A stretch of 64,000 nt of DNA from Chlorobiota bacterium (GCA_028287785.1 JAQBOZ010000020.1:66738-130737); one strand, 5' to 3'. Shown: positions 28,232-38,469, counted from the first letter of the stretch. Notes: a model not told the origin generated them from the letters alone. Numbers and translations: made by a program.

Positions 28232-28530
28232 AGGTAGTGGCTCAATTTGAATCCAGCCCTCGGGTTGACGGCGCAATGATCCATCGACAATCCTCTGATC
28301 ACTCTTCAAGCTCCGTCAGGAGCGTGCCGGTTGTAGCAACGATATATCCGTTTCACACTCAAGCTCCAGAGGAGCGGACTATTCTGCCGGCATGCAAGGA
28401 TGGTTCGCTCCTCTGGAGCCTGGATTATGGAAGGCGTGGTGATACTACAACCGGCACGCCCCGATGGGGCTGGCAGATGCCGTATATGACTCCGGGCATC
28501 ATCCACAGCATCTCAACCTGAGTCACGACC
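28232..28530. repeat. About 300-bp palindromic MITE-like element, copy B
   Basis: Right TIR caacctgagtcacgaccc (28513..28530) and degenerate left TIR aggtagtggctcaatttg. Same nested-hairpin core as copy A (ccggttgtagc...ctacaaccgg; ctccagaggagcg...cgctcctctggag) with compensatory stem changes. Sits in the 5' region of gene 25885..28104. Confidence 0.55.
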
Positions 28531-28986
28531 CGACGGCAACAAAAAAGGCGCTCCGGTGAGGGAGCGCCCTGGTGATTACGATCACCGGAGGGGTCGCGCT
28601 TGTGATCGCTCAACCATGGGGGCCGACATCATTCATGTATCGCCGCTGAATCAGGCTCGGGGTTACCCCTGGAAGCCTCCCCGGTCACCGTCGATCCATC
28701 GATGCCGGCCGGAGATGGTGAGCTTGCGCGGAGAAACCCTGGGGGGTAGGGCTCCATCGGGGAGGCCACGAGCACAGATGATCCATCAGCGCTACAATCC
28801 ATCAGTCGTTTCAGGGGGGCTGAACAAACGGCCTTGTATTCCTAACCAGCGCGCCCACCGAAACCTTACATCGCATCGCAACGCCCACAGCCCGCGCAAC
28901 ACAACGAACGAGGGGGCACCCGCATTCCGCGCGAGCGCCCCCTCCGAATAATCCCAATCGCCAAAGAATGAACCGACGCAAAACGA

Positions 28987-31422
28987 TCAGTGAAGAATCG
29001 TCGCCGCGCCGCTCGTCACGGTCCCATCATCCAGATGGAGGCGCCATGTATAGCGTCCGGCCGGAAGCCCCGCGCTGGTAACGATAAACGATGACGGCCC
29101 AGCCGGAAGATTCCCCTCATGGATCAGCCGGACCGGAGCGCCAAGGATATCGAACAGCTCCAGCCTGCTCCGATGCTGCTCCGAGGAGAGGGTAAGATCG
29201 ATCCGCGCGCTGCCGGAGAAGGGATTAGGCCGGAGAGCGGCATTCCGCAACGCGCCGGATGGACGCGCTGGGGAGATGTCGACCGATACAAGGGGAGCGC
29301 CGTCGCTGACGCTGAAATCATCCATGCCGGCCTCCACCAGGTTCTGCTCGAAGAGATCGGACGCCACAATGCAGAAAAGCGTCTGCCTGGATGGAGTCAC
29401 ATAATCCTTTACCCTGATCCCGACCGGGCGCCACGTGCGCGGCTCGGACTGGGCGATATGCCGCACCAGATGCCAGTTCTTGCCGTTATCATCCGAAAGA
29501 AGCAGATCGAGCGAATCGTTCGCCGGCACGCCGGGCCTGAGATCGTTCGAGTACCATATCCAGCAGTTGATATACGGATCGCCGTAGGTGCTCAGGTCCA
29601 TCGCCGGAGATGTCAGCGAGGTCCTGCCGCTGTCCACATCGTTGGAGCCGGCATCGACGGAGTTGCTGATGCCGGTAATGAACGCCTGATCGCCCCATCC
29701 GGGAGTGTTGTCGGCCTTCGGCTGAATGTCCACCGATGCATCGTACGGGTTGGGCACTTCCACCGGAACGCCCCGCTCCCATGTCCCGCTGCTGGCATTG
29801 TCGGTCGGCGCGGCAAGCATCCATCCAAGATCCAGCTCGGCATCGTCGTAATAGCCGCGCGCAAGCTCGATCTTGTCGGTCTGGTTCTCCGCCTTCACGG
29901 TCACCAGTTTTGGGATATATCCCCATGCTCCCACGTAAATGCGATAGGTGCTGTCCTGCGAGAGCTTCAGAAGCTGCGGATTGCTGAACCCGCGAATCCC
30001 GCCATCCGCCTGATCGTCGATAACCCGGTAGGAGAATGTCTCCATCGACTCGCCGGTGATCGAATCGACGGGGTTCAGGAGAAAGGAGACCTTCGGGATG
30101 ACGTTGACGTAGATATCGACCTCCGAATCGGTCGTCCCCACGATCAGCGAGCCGACCCCTGCCTTCTCGGGATCATAGACCCTGACCGAGTACGGCAGCG
30201 TGTCGGCCGCCCCCTCATAGCTGTAGCGTCCGGCGGAGTCGGCGGTGATCGTCTTGCCGACCTTTTCAAGGACGATCGGGGCAAACGGAACCGGCTCATG
30301 GGTGATGGCGTCGCGGACAACGCCATGCACCATGCCGCGCCTGGCGCCGTTGTAGGTAAAGACATACAGCCCGGTCTGCATATCGCTGGCGATGATCTTT
30401 CCGTCGGGGAAGTAGGGATAGGTTTCCCAGTTCCCCGAGTACTCGCTCCCCTGACGCGGGGACATGTCGAAGTAGCCCAGCTCCACGGGGTCGCGGGGAT
30501 TGGAGATATCGACGATCCGCGTCCCGGCCGTATACCATGCGATATAGGCCAGGTTCCCCTTGATATGAACGTTGTGGATGATCTCCCCCGGCACCGGCGT
30601 CCAGTCCGCCACCTTGCTGACGCTGTTGATATCGCGCACATCCCAGACCTTCAGGGTCTTCGGGGTCGAGCCGATCTCATCGGTCGTCAGGGCGTAGCTG
30701 CCGTCGGTGGTGATATCCACATTGTGCGTGCCGCCGGTGTTGCCGGCCGGGCCAAAGACGGTAACCAGGTGCGGATGCGTCCTGTCCTTCCCCAGCGCCA
30801 CCACATCCACCCTTCCCTTGTTGATCGCGGCCACCCAGAGCGTATCATTCCTGATATAGGCATCGTGCGCGTAATCGCCATCGAACTTCCCAACCATCAC
30901 CGGCTTCGTGGGGTCGGGCTCCAGATCGAAGATGATCGTCCCCTGATTTGCTCCGGCGTCCACCTGGCTTCCGTTCACGTAGAGGTAGTGCCCTTCCTGA
31001 TCGACCGTATGGGCCCGGCTGAAGACGCTGCTGTCCAGCCGCAGCTCGGCCGCGGAGGCGGGAAGATGGGAGAGATCGATGATCTGAAGCCCCCGCCCGT
31101 TTTCGCTCACCACATAGGCGTAGGTGCCGTAGGTTTTCATCTCCCGCCACTGGCTGTAGGGGGCCGGGATAAAGGCCACCTGCTTGACCGGCTGCTCGGT
31201 GATATCGATGATGTGCGTGCCGGTATATCCCCCCAGAAGCGCGTATTCACGGCCATCGGGGGCTGTATAGCCGGTGAGCGCCGAATACTTCCACTGGCCG
31301 GAAGCCGTGCCGGGATCGAGCTTGCCGAAGAACGTCGTGTTGTAGGCCTTCGGGGTCTGCCCCAAGGCCGTGACGACGGCCAGCAGAGCGCAGACTGCAA
31401 ACGACGTAAAAATTCTGTGCAT
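28987..31422 (-). CDS. LVIVD-repeat beta-propeller protein with carboxypeptidase-regulatory-like domain and T9SS C-terminal sorting domain
   Basis: ATG at 31422 (MHRIFTSFAVCALLAVVTALGQ); the track ORF begins at 31686. LVIVD-type repeats (YAYVVSENGRGLQIIDLS, LAYIAWYTAGTRIVDISNP, etc.). C-terminal Por tail (LRPNPFSGSARIDL...LPAGRYTWRLHLDDG). Confidence 0.7.
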   Translation of the reverse strand: MHRIFTSFAVCALLAVVTALGQTPKAYNTTFFGKLDPGTASGQWKYSALTGYTAPDGREYALLGGYTGTHIIDITEQPVKQVAFIPAPYSQWREMKTYGTYAYVVSENGRGLQIIDLSHLPASAAELRLDSSVFSRAHTVDQEGHYLYVNGSQVDAGANQGTIIFDLEPDPTKPVMVGKFDGDYAHDAYIRNDTLWVAAINKGRVDVVALGKDRTHPHLVTVFGPAGNTGGTHNVDITTDGSYALTTDEIGSTPKTLKVWDVRDINSVSKVADWTPVPGEIIHNVHIKGNLAYIAWYTAGTRIVDISNPRDPVELGYFDMSPRQGSEYSGNWETYPYFPDGKIIASDMQTGLYVFTYNGARRGMVHGVVRDAITHEPVPFAPIVLEKVGKTITADSAGRYSYEGAADTLPYSVRVYDPEKAGVGSLIVGTTDSEVDIYVNVIPKVSFLLNPVDSITGESMETFSYRVIDDQADGGIRGFSNPQLLKLSQDSTYRIYVGAWGYIPKLVTVKAENQTDKIELARGYYDDAELDLGWMLAAPTDNASSGTWERGVPVEVPNPYDASVDIQPKADNTPGWGDQAFITGISNSVDAGSNDVDSGRTSLTSPAMDLSTYGDPYINCWIWYSNDLRPGVPANDSLDLLLSDDNGKNWHLVRHIAQSEPRTWRPVGIRVKDYVTPSRQTLFCIVASDLFEQNLVEAGMDDFSVSDGAPLVSVDISPARPSGALRNAALRPNPFSGSARIDLTLSSEQHRSRLELFDILGAPVRLIHEGNLPAGPSSFIVTSAGLPAGRYTWRLHLDDGTVTSGAATILH

Positions 31423-31753
31423 ACGACGAAGTGAGTTAGAGGGAAGAATACCTGATGCTCCCGGTGGGCGCCGGAGCTGCGAACGGGCGGCGGCAATCAT
31501 AGCGACTGGCCGCATCTCCTGCAAGGAACAGTCCGGCACGGCCGGAATGCGTTGTGAAGAATTCGTGACGTTGGGGGGACGACCGGGGCCGGTCGCTATT
31601 TTCGCGAGGCCCGGCATGGCCCCAACTTCCCCGGAGGTTGGGGCGCTCCACGGCCGGGGATGACGGCAACGATCGCCCGGAGCCATATCGGGTTATATTC
31701 CGATGACTGGCGCGGGCCAATGTATATGAACACCTATCGGCGGAAAATCTCTC

Positions 31754-32428
31754 ATGACATCACGAGCGGCAACGCTTCAACGAATGCTCGACGCAAAGAT
31801 CATCGCGGTGATCCGGTTCGATTCGGCCGACCAGGCGGCCGGGATTATCGAGATCATCGCCTCGGCCGGCATCACGACCGTGGAGATCACCCTGACCACC
31901 GATGGCGCGATCGGGCTGATAGAGCGCCTGGCCGGCCGGGATGATCTTCTGATCGGCGCGGGAACTGTTCTCAAGAAATCGCGGGCCAGGGGGGTGTTCG
32001 ACGCGGGCGCTCTCTTCTATGCCAGCCCGGTCTTCGATCCCCGCCTCGTCGCCACGGCGCATCAGGCGGGATGCGTGGCGATGCCGGGGGCGCTTACCCC
32101 CACCGAGGTGATGGCGGCATGGCGCGGCGGCGCCGATATCGTCAAGCTCTTTCCGATGCCGGCCGAGGGAGCACGGTATCTCTCGGCGATTCGCGCTCCC
32201 CTCCCCGATATCCCGATCGCCCCGTCCGGCGGCGTCTCGCTGGAGACCGCCGAGGCTCTTCTCCGCGCCGGCGCCGCAGCCCTCAACGTGGGCACATGGC
32301 TGACGCACGAGAAGGATGGGACGATCAGCGATGAGAGGATCATCAGCAATCGCGCGGAATCGCTGGCGGCGCTTGTTAAAAAAGTGTCCGGGGAGATCGC
32401 AAGGCAGCAGATCCGCCCGACGACATGA
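31754..32428 (+). CDS. eda: KDPG/KHG aldolase (2-dehydro-3-deoxyphosphogluconate aldolase)
   Basis: IIAVIR, GITTVEITL, GAGTV, FYASP, PGALTPTE and VKLFP motifs in canonical order; about 224 aa. Confidence 0.85.
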   Translation: MTSRAATLQRMLDAKIIAVIRFDSADQAAGIIEIIASAGITTVEITLTTDGAIGLIERLAGRDDLLIGAGTVLKKSRARGVFDAGALFYASPVFDPRLVATAHQAGCVAMPGALTPTEVMAAWRGGADIVKLFPMPAEGARYLSAIRAPLPDIPIAPSGGVSLETAEALLRAGAAALNVGTWLTHEKDGTISDERIISNRAESLAALVKKVSGEIARQQIRPTT

Positions 32429-32463
32429 AAAAGCCCGGCCGCGCGGGAGCGGACGGGCTTTTC
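32428..32463. terminator. Bidirectional terminator between eda and the convergent peroxiredoxin gene
   Basis: aaaaagcccg-(loop)-cgggcttttcg. A-tract and T-tract on opposite sides. Confidence 0.5.
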
Positions 32464-32494
32464 GCATTCATCGGGACGGCGACGGAATCGGGGA

Positions 32495-33139
32495 TCAGTT
32501 TTCCAGATTCGGCTGCGGCGTCAGGCGGAGATACGGGCGAACCACGCTGAACCCTTTCGGGAACTTGGCGGCCAGCTCCTCCGGGTCCTGAATCCCCGGA
32601 AGGATCACGCAATCATCCCCGTTCTTCCAGTTGGCCGGCGTCGCCACGCTGTGATGCTCGGTAAGCTGCAACGAGTCGATCACGCGGAGGATCTCGTCGA
32701 AGTTGCGGCCGGTCGATGCCGGATAGGTAAGCGTCAGACGGAGCTTCTTCTTTGGATCGATGATAAACACCGAGCGGACGGTGGCCGTGGCGCTTGCCTC
32801 CGGGTGGATCATGTCGTACAGCCCCGAGACCGAGCGGTCGGCATCGGCGAGGATCGGATAGTTGAGATTCACTCCCTGCGTCTCCTCGATATCGCCGACC
32901 CAGCGGTTGTGCGAGTCCACGTTATCCACGCTCAGGGCGATCGCCTTCACGTTCCGCCTGTCGAACTCCGATTTCAGGCGCGCCACGGTTCCAAGCTCGG
33001 TGGTGCAGACCGGCGTGAAGTCGGCGGGATGCGAGAAGAGAATCACCCAGCTGTCTCCCGCCCAGTCGTGGAAATTGATCTCTCCCTCGGTCGACTGCTG
33101 CGTGAAATTGGGAACGGTATCCCCGAGTCGAATTGCCAT
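32495..33139 (-). CDS. 1-Cys peroxiredoxin (Prx6-like)
   Basis: MAIRLGDTVPNF..., active-site FTPVCTTE, about 214 aa. ATG at 33139. The track ORF 32495..34192 is an artefactual upstream extension. Confidence 0.9.
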   Translation of the reverse strand: MAIRLGDTVPNFTQQSTEGEINFHDWAGDSWVILFSHPADFTPVCTTELGTVARLKSEFDRRNVKAIALSVDNVDSHNRWVGDIEETQGVNLNYPILADADRSVSGLYDMIHPEASATATVRSVFIIDPKKKLRLTLTYPASTGRNFDEILRVIDSLQLTEHHSVATPANWKNGDDCVILPGIQDPEELAAKFPKGFSVVRPYLRLTPQPNLEN

Positions 33140-33352
33140 CGCTGATCCTCCTGATTGTATGGAACGAAATTGATTGATAGCGTCGCCGCCAGTATCTTCT
33201 TCTCTGATTATGGAGTCGGGCAAGGTAGCGCGGGGAGCCCCGTTCCCCAAGAAAAAAATCTGATAATTCCATGCAGGTTCTCCGGGCCGGGAACCAGCGC
33301 AACCGGAAACGATGGCCCGGTGAACGATCCAGCAACGGAGCGATAGCGCATC

Positions 33353-34228
33353 ATGGCAAACAGAACCAGACGGCTTCCGGAGAACGTGGCGGGGGATTTC
33401 TTCGTCGATGATTCCTGCATCGATTGCGATGCATGCCGGCAGATAGCCCCGGAGACATTTCGCGATCACGGCGATCAGTCGAGCGTTCATCACCAGCCGG
33501 CGGCGCGGGATGAGGAGCTGCGCGCGCTGATGGCGCTTATTGCCTGCCCCACCGGATCGATCGGGACCACGAAGGAGCATGACGCCCGCGCCGGCATCGC
33601 GGCATTTCCGGCGCCGGTGGTCGAGAACATTTACTTCTGCGGCTTCACCGCCGAATCGAGCTTCGGCGCATGGAGCTACCTGATCGTCCGCCCGGAATCC
33701 GACGGCGGCAACGTCCTGATCGATTCCCCCCGCTACGCCCGTCCCCTCGCCGATCGCATCGCGGCGCTCGGCGGCATCCGCACCATCTTCCTCTCCCACC
33801 GCGACGACATCGCGGACCACGACCGCTACGCCGCGACATTCGGCGCCGAACGGATCATGCACGCCGCCGACGGCGCCGAACGGCTCGGCATCGAGCGGGT
33901 GGTTCAGGGGACCGGGGCATTTCGGGTGGACGATGACATCACCATCATCCCCGTGCCGGGCCACACGCGCGGCCAGATGGCCCTCCTCTACCGGGACGCC
34001 TACCTCTTCACCGGCGATCACCTCGCGTGGTCCCCGGCGCGGAACACGCTCACCGCCTTTCGCAGCGCCTGCTGGTACTCCTGGACCGAGCAGATCACCT
34101 CGATGGAGAAACTCCTGGACTACAGCTTCCGCTGGGTGCTCCCCGGCCACGGCCGCATCGGCAGCGACACCGCGGAGCGGATGCACGCTCATCTTGAGGG
34201 ATGCATTGCCTGGATGAAGGAGCGGTAG
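33353..34228 (+). CDS. MBL-fold metallo-hydrolase with N-terminal ferredoxin-like Cys cluster
   Basis: N-terminal CIDCDACRQIAPE...ACPTGSI (4Fe-4S-like). Downstream metallo-beta-lactamase fold motifs (HRDDIADHD; PVPGHTRGQ). Confidence 0.7.
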   Translation: MANRTRRLPENVAGDFFVDDSCIDCDACRQIAPETFRDHGDQSSVHHQPAARDEELRALMALIACPTGSIGTTKEHDARAGIAAFPAPVVENIYFCGFTAESSFGAWSYLIVRPESDGGNVLIDSPRYARPLADRIAALGGIRTIFLSHRDDIADHDRYAATFGAERIMHAADGAERLGIERVVQGTGAFRVDDDITIIPVPGHTRGQMALLYRDAYLFTGDHLAWSPARNTLTAFRSACWYSWTEQITSMEKLLDYSFRWVLPGHGRIGSDTAERMHAHLEGCIAWMKER

Positions 34229-34490
34229 GGTGATGGGCTGCCCATGCAGGAATCCGCCGATGCCGCCATGCGATTACAACCACGGGCAGAGGCGGCATAT
34301 CATCCGAAATTGATCATGGCCGAACCGATTAAATGAGGGAACTTGTGCCATATCGAACAGATCGGAACACGATAATGGCGACGCCCCTCATCGCCTGAAT
34401 CATCCTCGATCCCGGAAAATCATCAGTGAATGGAGGGGAGATCATGATTTCATCGTCCAGGCCAACGACCGCGCGCACGAGCGGCCGCCC

Positions 34491-36068
34491 ATGACGCCCC
34501 CTACTCCGGGCGGAGCCGCGCCCGCCACGGGACGCGCCGGCGGATGGATTCTGGCGGCCACCATCCTGGGATCGAGCCTCTCGTTTATCGACGGCACGGT
34601 TGTGAACGTGGCGCTGCCGGCGTTGCAGGCGGGGTTGGGAGCCTCGGTTTCGCAGGTGCAGTGGGTGGTGGAGGCCTACGCGCTCTTCCTTGGCGCGCTG
34701 GTGCTGGTGGGCGGATCGCTCGGCGATCGTTACGGCCGGCGGCGGATATTCGCTCTGGGGATCGTGATCTTCACCCTGGCGTCGGTCTGGTGCGGGCTCT
34801 CCCCCACCATCATGCAGTTGATCATCGCCCGCGGCATCCAGGGGATCGGAAGCGCGCTTCTGGTGCCGGGAAGCCTTGCAATCATCACCGCATCGTTCGA
34901 CGAGCATGAGCGTGGAAAGGCCATCGGCACGTGGTCCGGGTTTACCGCGATCACGGCGGCGATCGGACCGCTTCTCGGCGGCTGGCTGATCGAGCATGCC
35001 TCCTGGCACTGGATCTTCTTCATCAATGTCCCGCTGGCCGCCGTGGTCCTCCTGATCACCTTCTGGCGCGTCCCGGAAAGCCACGACGGGGACATCGAAG
35101 GGAGGCTGGACTGGGCAGGCGCGTCGCTGGTGACGATAAGCCTGGCGGGGCTGGTCTACGGGCTGGTGGAATCCTCAAATCTCGGGTTCGGCAACCCGAG
35201 GGTGATCGCCGCGCTGGCGGTTGGCGCCATCGCGCTGCCGGCGTTTCTCTACGTGGAATCCCACACCGCCACGCCGATGATGCCCCTCTCCCTCTTCCGC
35301 TCGCGTGCATTCAGCGGCACCAACCTCCTCACGTTTCTCCTCTACGCGGGGCTGGGGGGAATTCTCTTCTTTCTCCCCTTCAACCTGATTCAGGTGCAGG
35401 GATATTCCGCCACCCAGGCCGGCGCGGCAATGCTCCCGTTTATCGTCATCATGTTCCTCCTCTCCCGCTGGTCGGGAGGGCTGGTGGCGAAGTTCGGAGC
35501 GCGCCTGCCGCTTGCGGTGGGACCCGCGATAGCGGCGGTCGGCGGGGCGCTCTTCGCGCTGCCGGGGATCGGCGGGAGTTACTGGAGCACATGGTTTCCG
35601 GCGATGGCAGTGCTGGGAATCGGGATGGCGATCAGCGTGGCGCCGCTCACCACCACGGTGATGGGATCGGTGCCGGTTCACAACTCCGGCATCGCCTCCG
35701 GCATCAACAACGCGATATCCCGGATAGCGGGCCTCCTCTCGGTCGCGGTGCTGGGAATCGTGGTGCTGGCCGCGTTCAACAGCGCGCTGGATCAACGGCT
35801 TGCCACGTCCGGCATCCCGCCGGAGGCGCGGAAGATCGTGGAGGCGCAGAGGGCAAAGGCGGCTGCGGCGAAGATCCCGGAGGATGTGCCGCCGGAGCTT
35901 CGCGCGCGCCTCCAGGAGATCATCGGGACTTCCTTCGTGGCGGGATTCCGCTGGGCGATGCTGATCTCCGCCGGCCTGGCGCTGGCCGGAGCCGCCGGCA
36001 CCCTTATCTTCATCGATCCGAAGAAGATCCCGGAACAGTCACCTGAGCCGGAGGCGGCAACCTTCTGA
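34491..36068 (+). CDS. MFS transporter, DHA2 (EmrB/QacA) family, 14 TMS
   Basis: MFS motif A (GSLGDRYGRRR). 14 hydrophobic segments typical of the DHA2 drug:H+ antiporter family. Confidence 0.85.
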   Translation: MTPPTPGGAAPATGRAGGWILAATILGSSLSFIDGTVVNVALPALQAGLGASVSQVQWVVEAYALFLGALVLVGGSLGDRYGRRRIFALGIVIFTLASVWCGLSPTIMQLIIARGIQGIGSALLVPGSLAIITASFDEHERGKAIGTWSGFTAITAAIGPLLGGWLIEHASWHWIFFINVPLAAVVLLITFWRVPESHDGDIEGRLDWAGASLVTISLAGLVYGLVESSNLGFGNPRVIAALAVGAIALPAFLYVESHTATPMMPLSLFRSRAFSGTNLLTFLLYAGLGGILFFLPFNLIQVQGYSATQAGAAMLPFIVIMFLLSRWSGGLVAKFGARLPLAVGPAIAAVGGALFALPGIGGSYWSTWFPAMAVLGIGMAISVAPLTTTVMGSVPVHNSGIASGINNAISRIAGLLSVAVLGIVVLAAFNSALDQRLATSGIPPEARKIVEAQRAKAAAAKIPEDVPPELRARLQEIIGTSFVAGFRWAMLISAGLALAGAAGTLIFIDPKKIPEQSPEPEAATF

Positions 36069-36165
36069 ACATCGGCAACGGATCTGCCGTCCGGGACGGC
36101 TCAAAGCGGCTCGGTTCGGGGATCGAGCCCATCTCGCAATTTCATCCTTCATCGGGAGATTCAAC

Positions 36166-36426
36166 ATGGCGGATACCTGTACGCATCTCGATCAGATCAA
36201 CGAAGACCTTACGCCGGAAACCCATGTCTGCCCGGAATGCGTGGCGCTCGGGGACCGGTGGGTCCACCTCCGGATGTGCCTCGTCTGCGGCCATACCGGC
36301 TGCTGCGATTCATCGAAGAACAAGCACGCCACAAAGCACTTCCACTCCACGGGACATCCGGTGATCCGCTCGATAGAGCCGGGCGAGGAGTGGGGATGGT
36401 GCTACGTTGACGAGACCTATCTCTGA
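36166..36426 (+). CDS. Stand-alone UBP-type zinc-finger (zf-UBP) protein
   Basis: CTHLDQ...CPEC...HLRMCLVCGHTGCCDSS...HATKHFHSTGHP matches the zf-UBP Cys/His spacing. Confidence 0.65.
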   Translation: MADTCTHLDQINEDLTPETHVCPECVALGDRWVHLRMCLVCGHTGCCDSSKNKHATKHFHSTGHPVIRSIEPGEEWGWCYVDETYL

Positions 36427-36505
36427 TGCCGGACAACTCCCCGACCGGCGCCGCAGGCAGGTACGGGAAAATCGCCCACGCGTGAACAAACCTAATCCCG
36501 CAATC

Positions 36506-37414
36506 ATGAATACGCCCACAAGAATACTCCTTCAGACAACCATCCCGGCCACCGAGGATGACTGGAACATCGGCCGTTTCTCGCGGCTTCACGATCATCT
36601 CTCCTCGCTGGCCGATTCCTCCGGCGCCCCGCTGTTCGAGGTGACAGGACGCAACCTGGAACGCTCCGGCGACGGCGCCGATCCGGTGCTCAGCCGCCTC
36701 GACGTGTCCGATTTCGATCAGCTGTGGCTGTTTGCCGTGGATACCGGCGATGGGTTGAACAGCGACGAGTGCGGCGGCATCACCCGCTTCCGCCAGCGCG
36801 GCGGCGGGCTGCTGACCACGCGCGACCATCAGGATCTGGGCTCATCCCTCTGCACGCTCGGAGGGGTCGGCGCGGCCCATTTCTTCCACTCGAAGAATCA
36901 GGAGCCGGATGCGGCACGGCATATCATCGATGATCCGGACAACCCGGCCATCACCTGGCCCAACTACCACTCCGGCGCCAACGGCGACTTTCAGCGGGTG
37001 GAGCCGGCGGAACCGATCCACGAGATATTTCTCCATCCCGGCGCATCGCCGCGGCCGATCGAGATGATCCCCGCTCACCCGCACGAGGGGGCAGTGGGAG
37101 TGCCGGCCGGAGAGGGGCACGCCAGGGTGATCGCCACCGGACGGAGCAAGGTCACCGGCACGCCGTTCAACCTGATGATAGCGTTCGACGCCAGCCCCGA
37201 TGAACACGGCAACATGCTCGGACGCGCCATCGCCGACTCCAGCTTCCATCACTTCGTGGACTACAACTGGGACCCATCGCTCGGCGCCCCCAGCTTCGTC
37301 ACCGAGCCCCCCGGCGACGGGATGCGGCGCGAGCCGCGTGCCACGGCCGACACGCTTGCCTTTGCCCGGAACATCGCACTATGGCTGGCTCCGACGGCCG
37401 GAAGCGGAGCATGA
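36506..37414 (+). CDS. Hypothetical protein (possible ThuA/class-I glutamine-amidotransferase-like fold)
   Basis: ATG at 36506 (MNTPTRILLQTTIPA...); the track ORF begins upstream at 36407. No catalytic motif recognised; the fold assignment is weak. Confidence 0.5.
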   Translation: MNTPTRILLQTTIPATEDDWNIGRFSRLHDHLSSLADSSGAPLFEVTGRNLERSGDGADPVLSRLDVSDFDQLWLFAVDTGDGLNSDECGGITRFRQRGGGLLTTRDHQDLGSSLCTLGGVGAAHFFHSKNQEPDAARHIIDDPDNPAITWPNYHSGANGDFQRVEPAEPIHEIFLHPGASPRPIEMIPAHPHEGAVGVPAGEGHARVIATGRSKVTGTPFNLMIAFDASPDEHGNMLGRAIADSSFHHFVDYNWDPSLGAPSFVTEPPGDGMRREPRATADTLAFARNIALWLAPTAGSGA

Positions 37415-37415
37415 G

Positions 37416-38090
37416 ATGATAAAGCCGAGCGGCGGCGCGGCGCCGGGAGGGATGAGCCCGCACCGGATCGAGGCGCTGGGAGATGGCGTCTTCTCGATCG
37501 CCATGACGCTGCTGGTGCTGGAGATTCATGTGCCGCAGATGCCGGCCGGAGCATCCGAGGGGGAACTCCTCGGGGGCCTGCTCGCCCTCTGGCCGAAAGC
37601 GCTCAGCTATGTTGCCAGCTTCGTGGTGATCGGCATCTACTGGATCGGCCACCGGACGCAGTATCACTACATCCGGCGGGCCGATCGGACGTTTCTCTGG
37701 ATCAACATCCTCTTTATGATGTTTATCGCATTCATACCGTTTTCCGCCGCGCTCCTCGGAAATTATTCGGGGTATCGAACGGCGGTGATCGTCTACGGGT
37801 GCAATCTGATCGCGGCGGGGCTTTCGCTCCAGCTTCACTGGTGGTACGCCACATCGGGACGGCGACTGGTGGATCACGATCTGGACGATGGATTTGTGCG
37901 GGTGGTGAACACCAGGATTCTGGTGGCGCCCTGCCTCTACCTGGGGGCGATCGCCCTCTCCTTTATCAGCACGCGGGTCAGCCTGGTGGTCTATACGCTC
38001 GTGCTGGTCTACTACATCCTCCCCGGACAGGTGGACCGTCATTTCCGGTTCCGTCCGTCGGGGGAAATCAAGCAACCACGGGACAAATAA
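37416..38090 (+). CDS. TMEM175/DUF1211-family membrane protein (putative K+ channel)
   Basis: RIEALGDGVFSIAMTLLVLE signature helix plus about 6 TM segments. ATG at 37416 follows the upstream stop after 1 nt. Confidence 0.7.
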   Translation: MIKPSGGAAPGGMSPHRIEALGDGVFSIAMTLLVLEIHVPQMPAGASEGELLGGLLALWPKALSYVASFVVIGIYWIGHRTQYHYIRRADRTFLWINILFMMFIAFIPFSAALLGNYSGYRTAVIVYGCNLIAAGLSLQLHWWYATSGRRLVDHDLDDGFVRVVNTRILVAPCLYLGAIALSFISTRVSLVVYTLVLVYYILPGQVDRHFRFRPSGEIKQPRDK

Positions 38091-38449
38091 TGAACGGAAG
38101 CGCGGGGCGGGAATTCTACGACCGGCAGATAGGCTATCTGGAATCGGGGGATATCGACGGGCTGATGAGCCAGTATCACGATGACGCGATCCTCATCGGA
38201 TTCGGCCTGACGGTCCGGGGAGCGGCGGCGCTGCGGACGCACATGGAGGGCTATCTGGCTCACCTGGGATCGCTCCGGCTGGTATCGACCGACAAGTTCA
38301 CCGGGACCGAGGATTCGATCTTCTTCGAGGCGACTGTCGATACGGATCTGGGGCGCGCCCGCGTCTACGATGTCTTCATGCTCCGCGACGGACGGGCAAC
38401 GCATCAGTTCACCGGCGTCCTCTCGGTAACGCCCGCCCCTCCCCGCTGA
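38090..38449 (+). CDS. NTF2-like/SnoaL-like small protein
   Basis: 119 aa. Start overlaps the upstream stop as TAATG. General NTF2-like pattern (YHDDAILIGFG...VYDVFMLRDGRA). Confidence 0.5.
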   Translation: MNGSAGREFYDRQIGYLESGDIDGLMSQYHDDAILIGFGLTVRGAAALRTHMEGYLAHLGSLRLVSTDKFTGTEDSIFFEATVDTDLGRARVYDVFMLRDGRATHQFTGVLSVTPAPPR

Positions 38450-38469
38450 TGGCGGAGAGGGGCCAGGGG

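Noticed and set aside
32495-34192. 565-aa minus-strand ORF
   Set aside because: Only the last 214 codons (1-Cys peroxiredoxin, ATG at 33139) are credible. The upstream part is antisense to the ferredoxin-MBL gene and has low-complexity composition.
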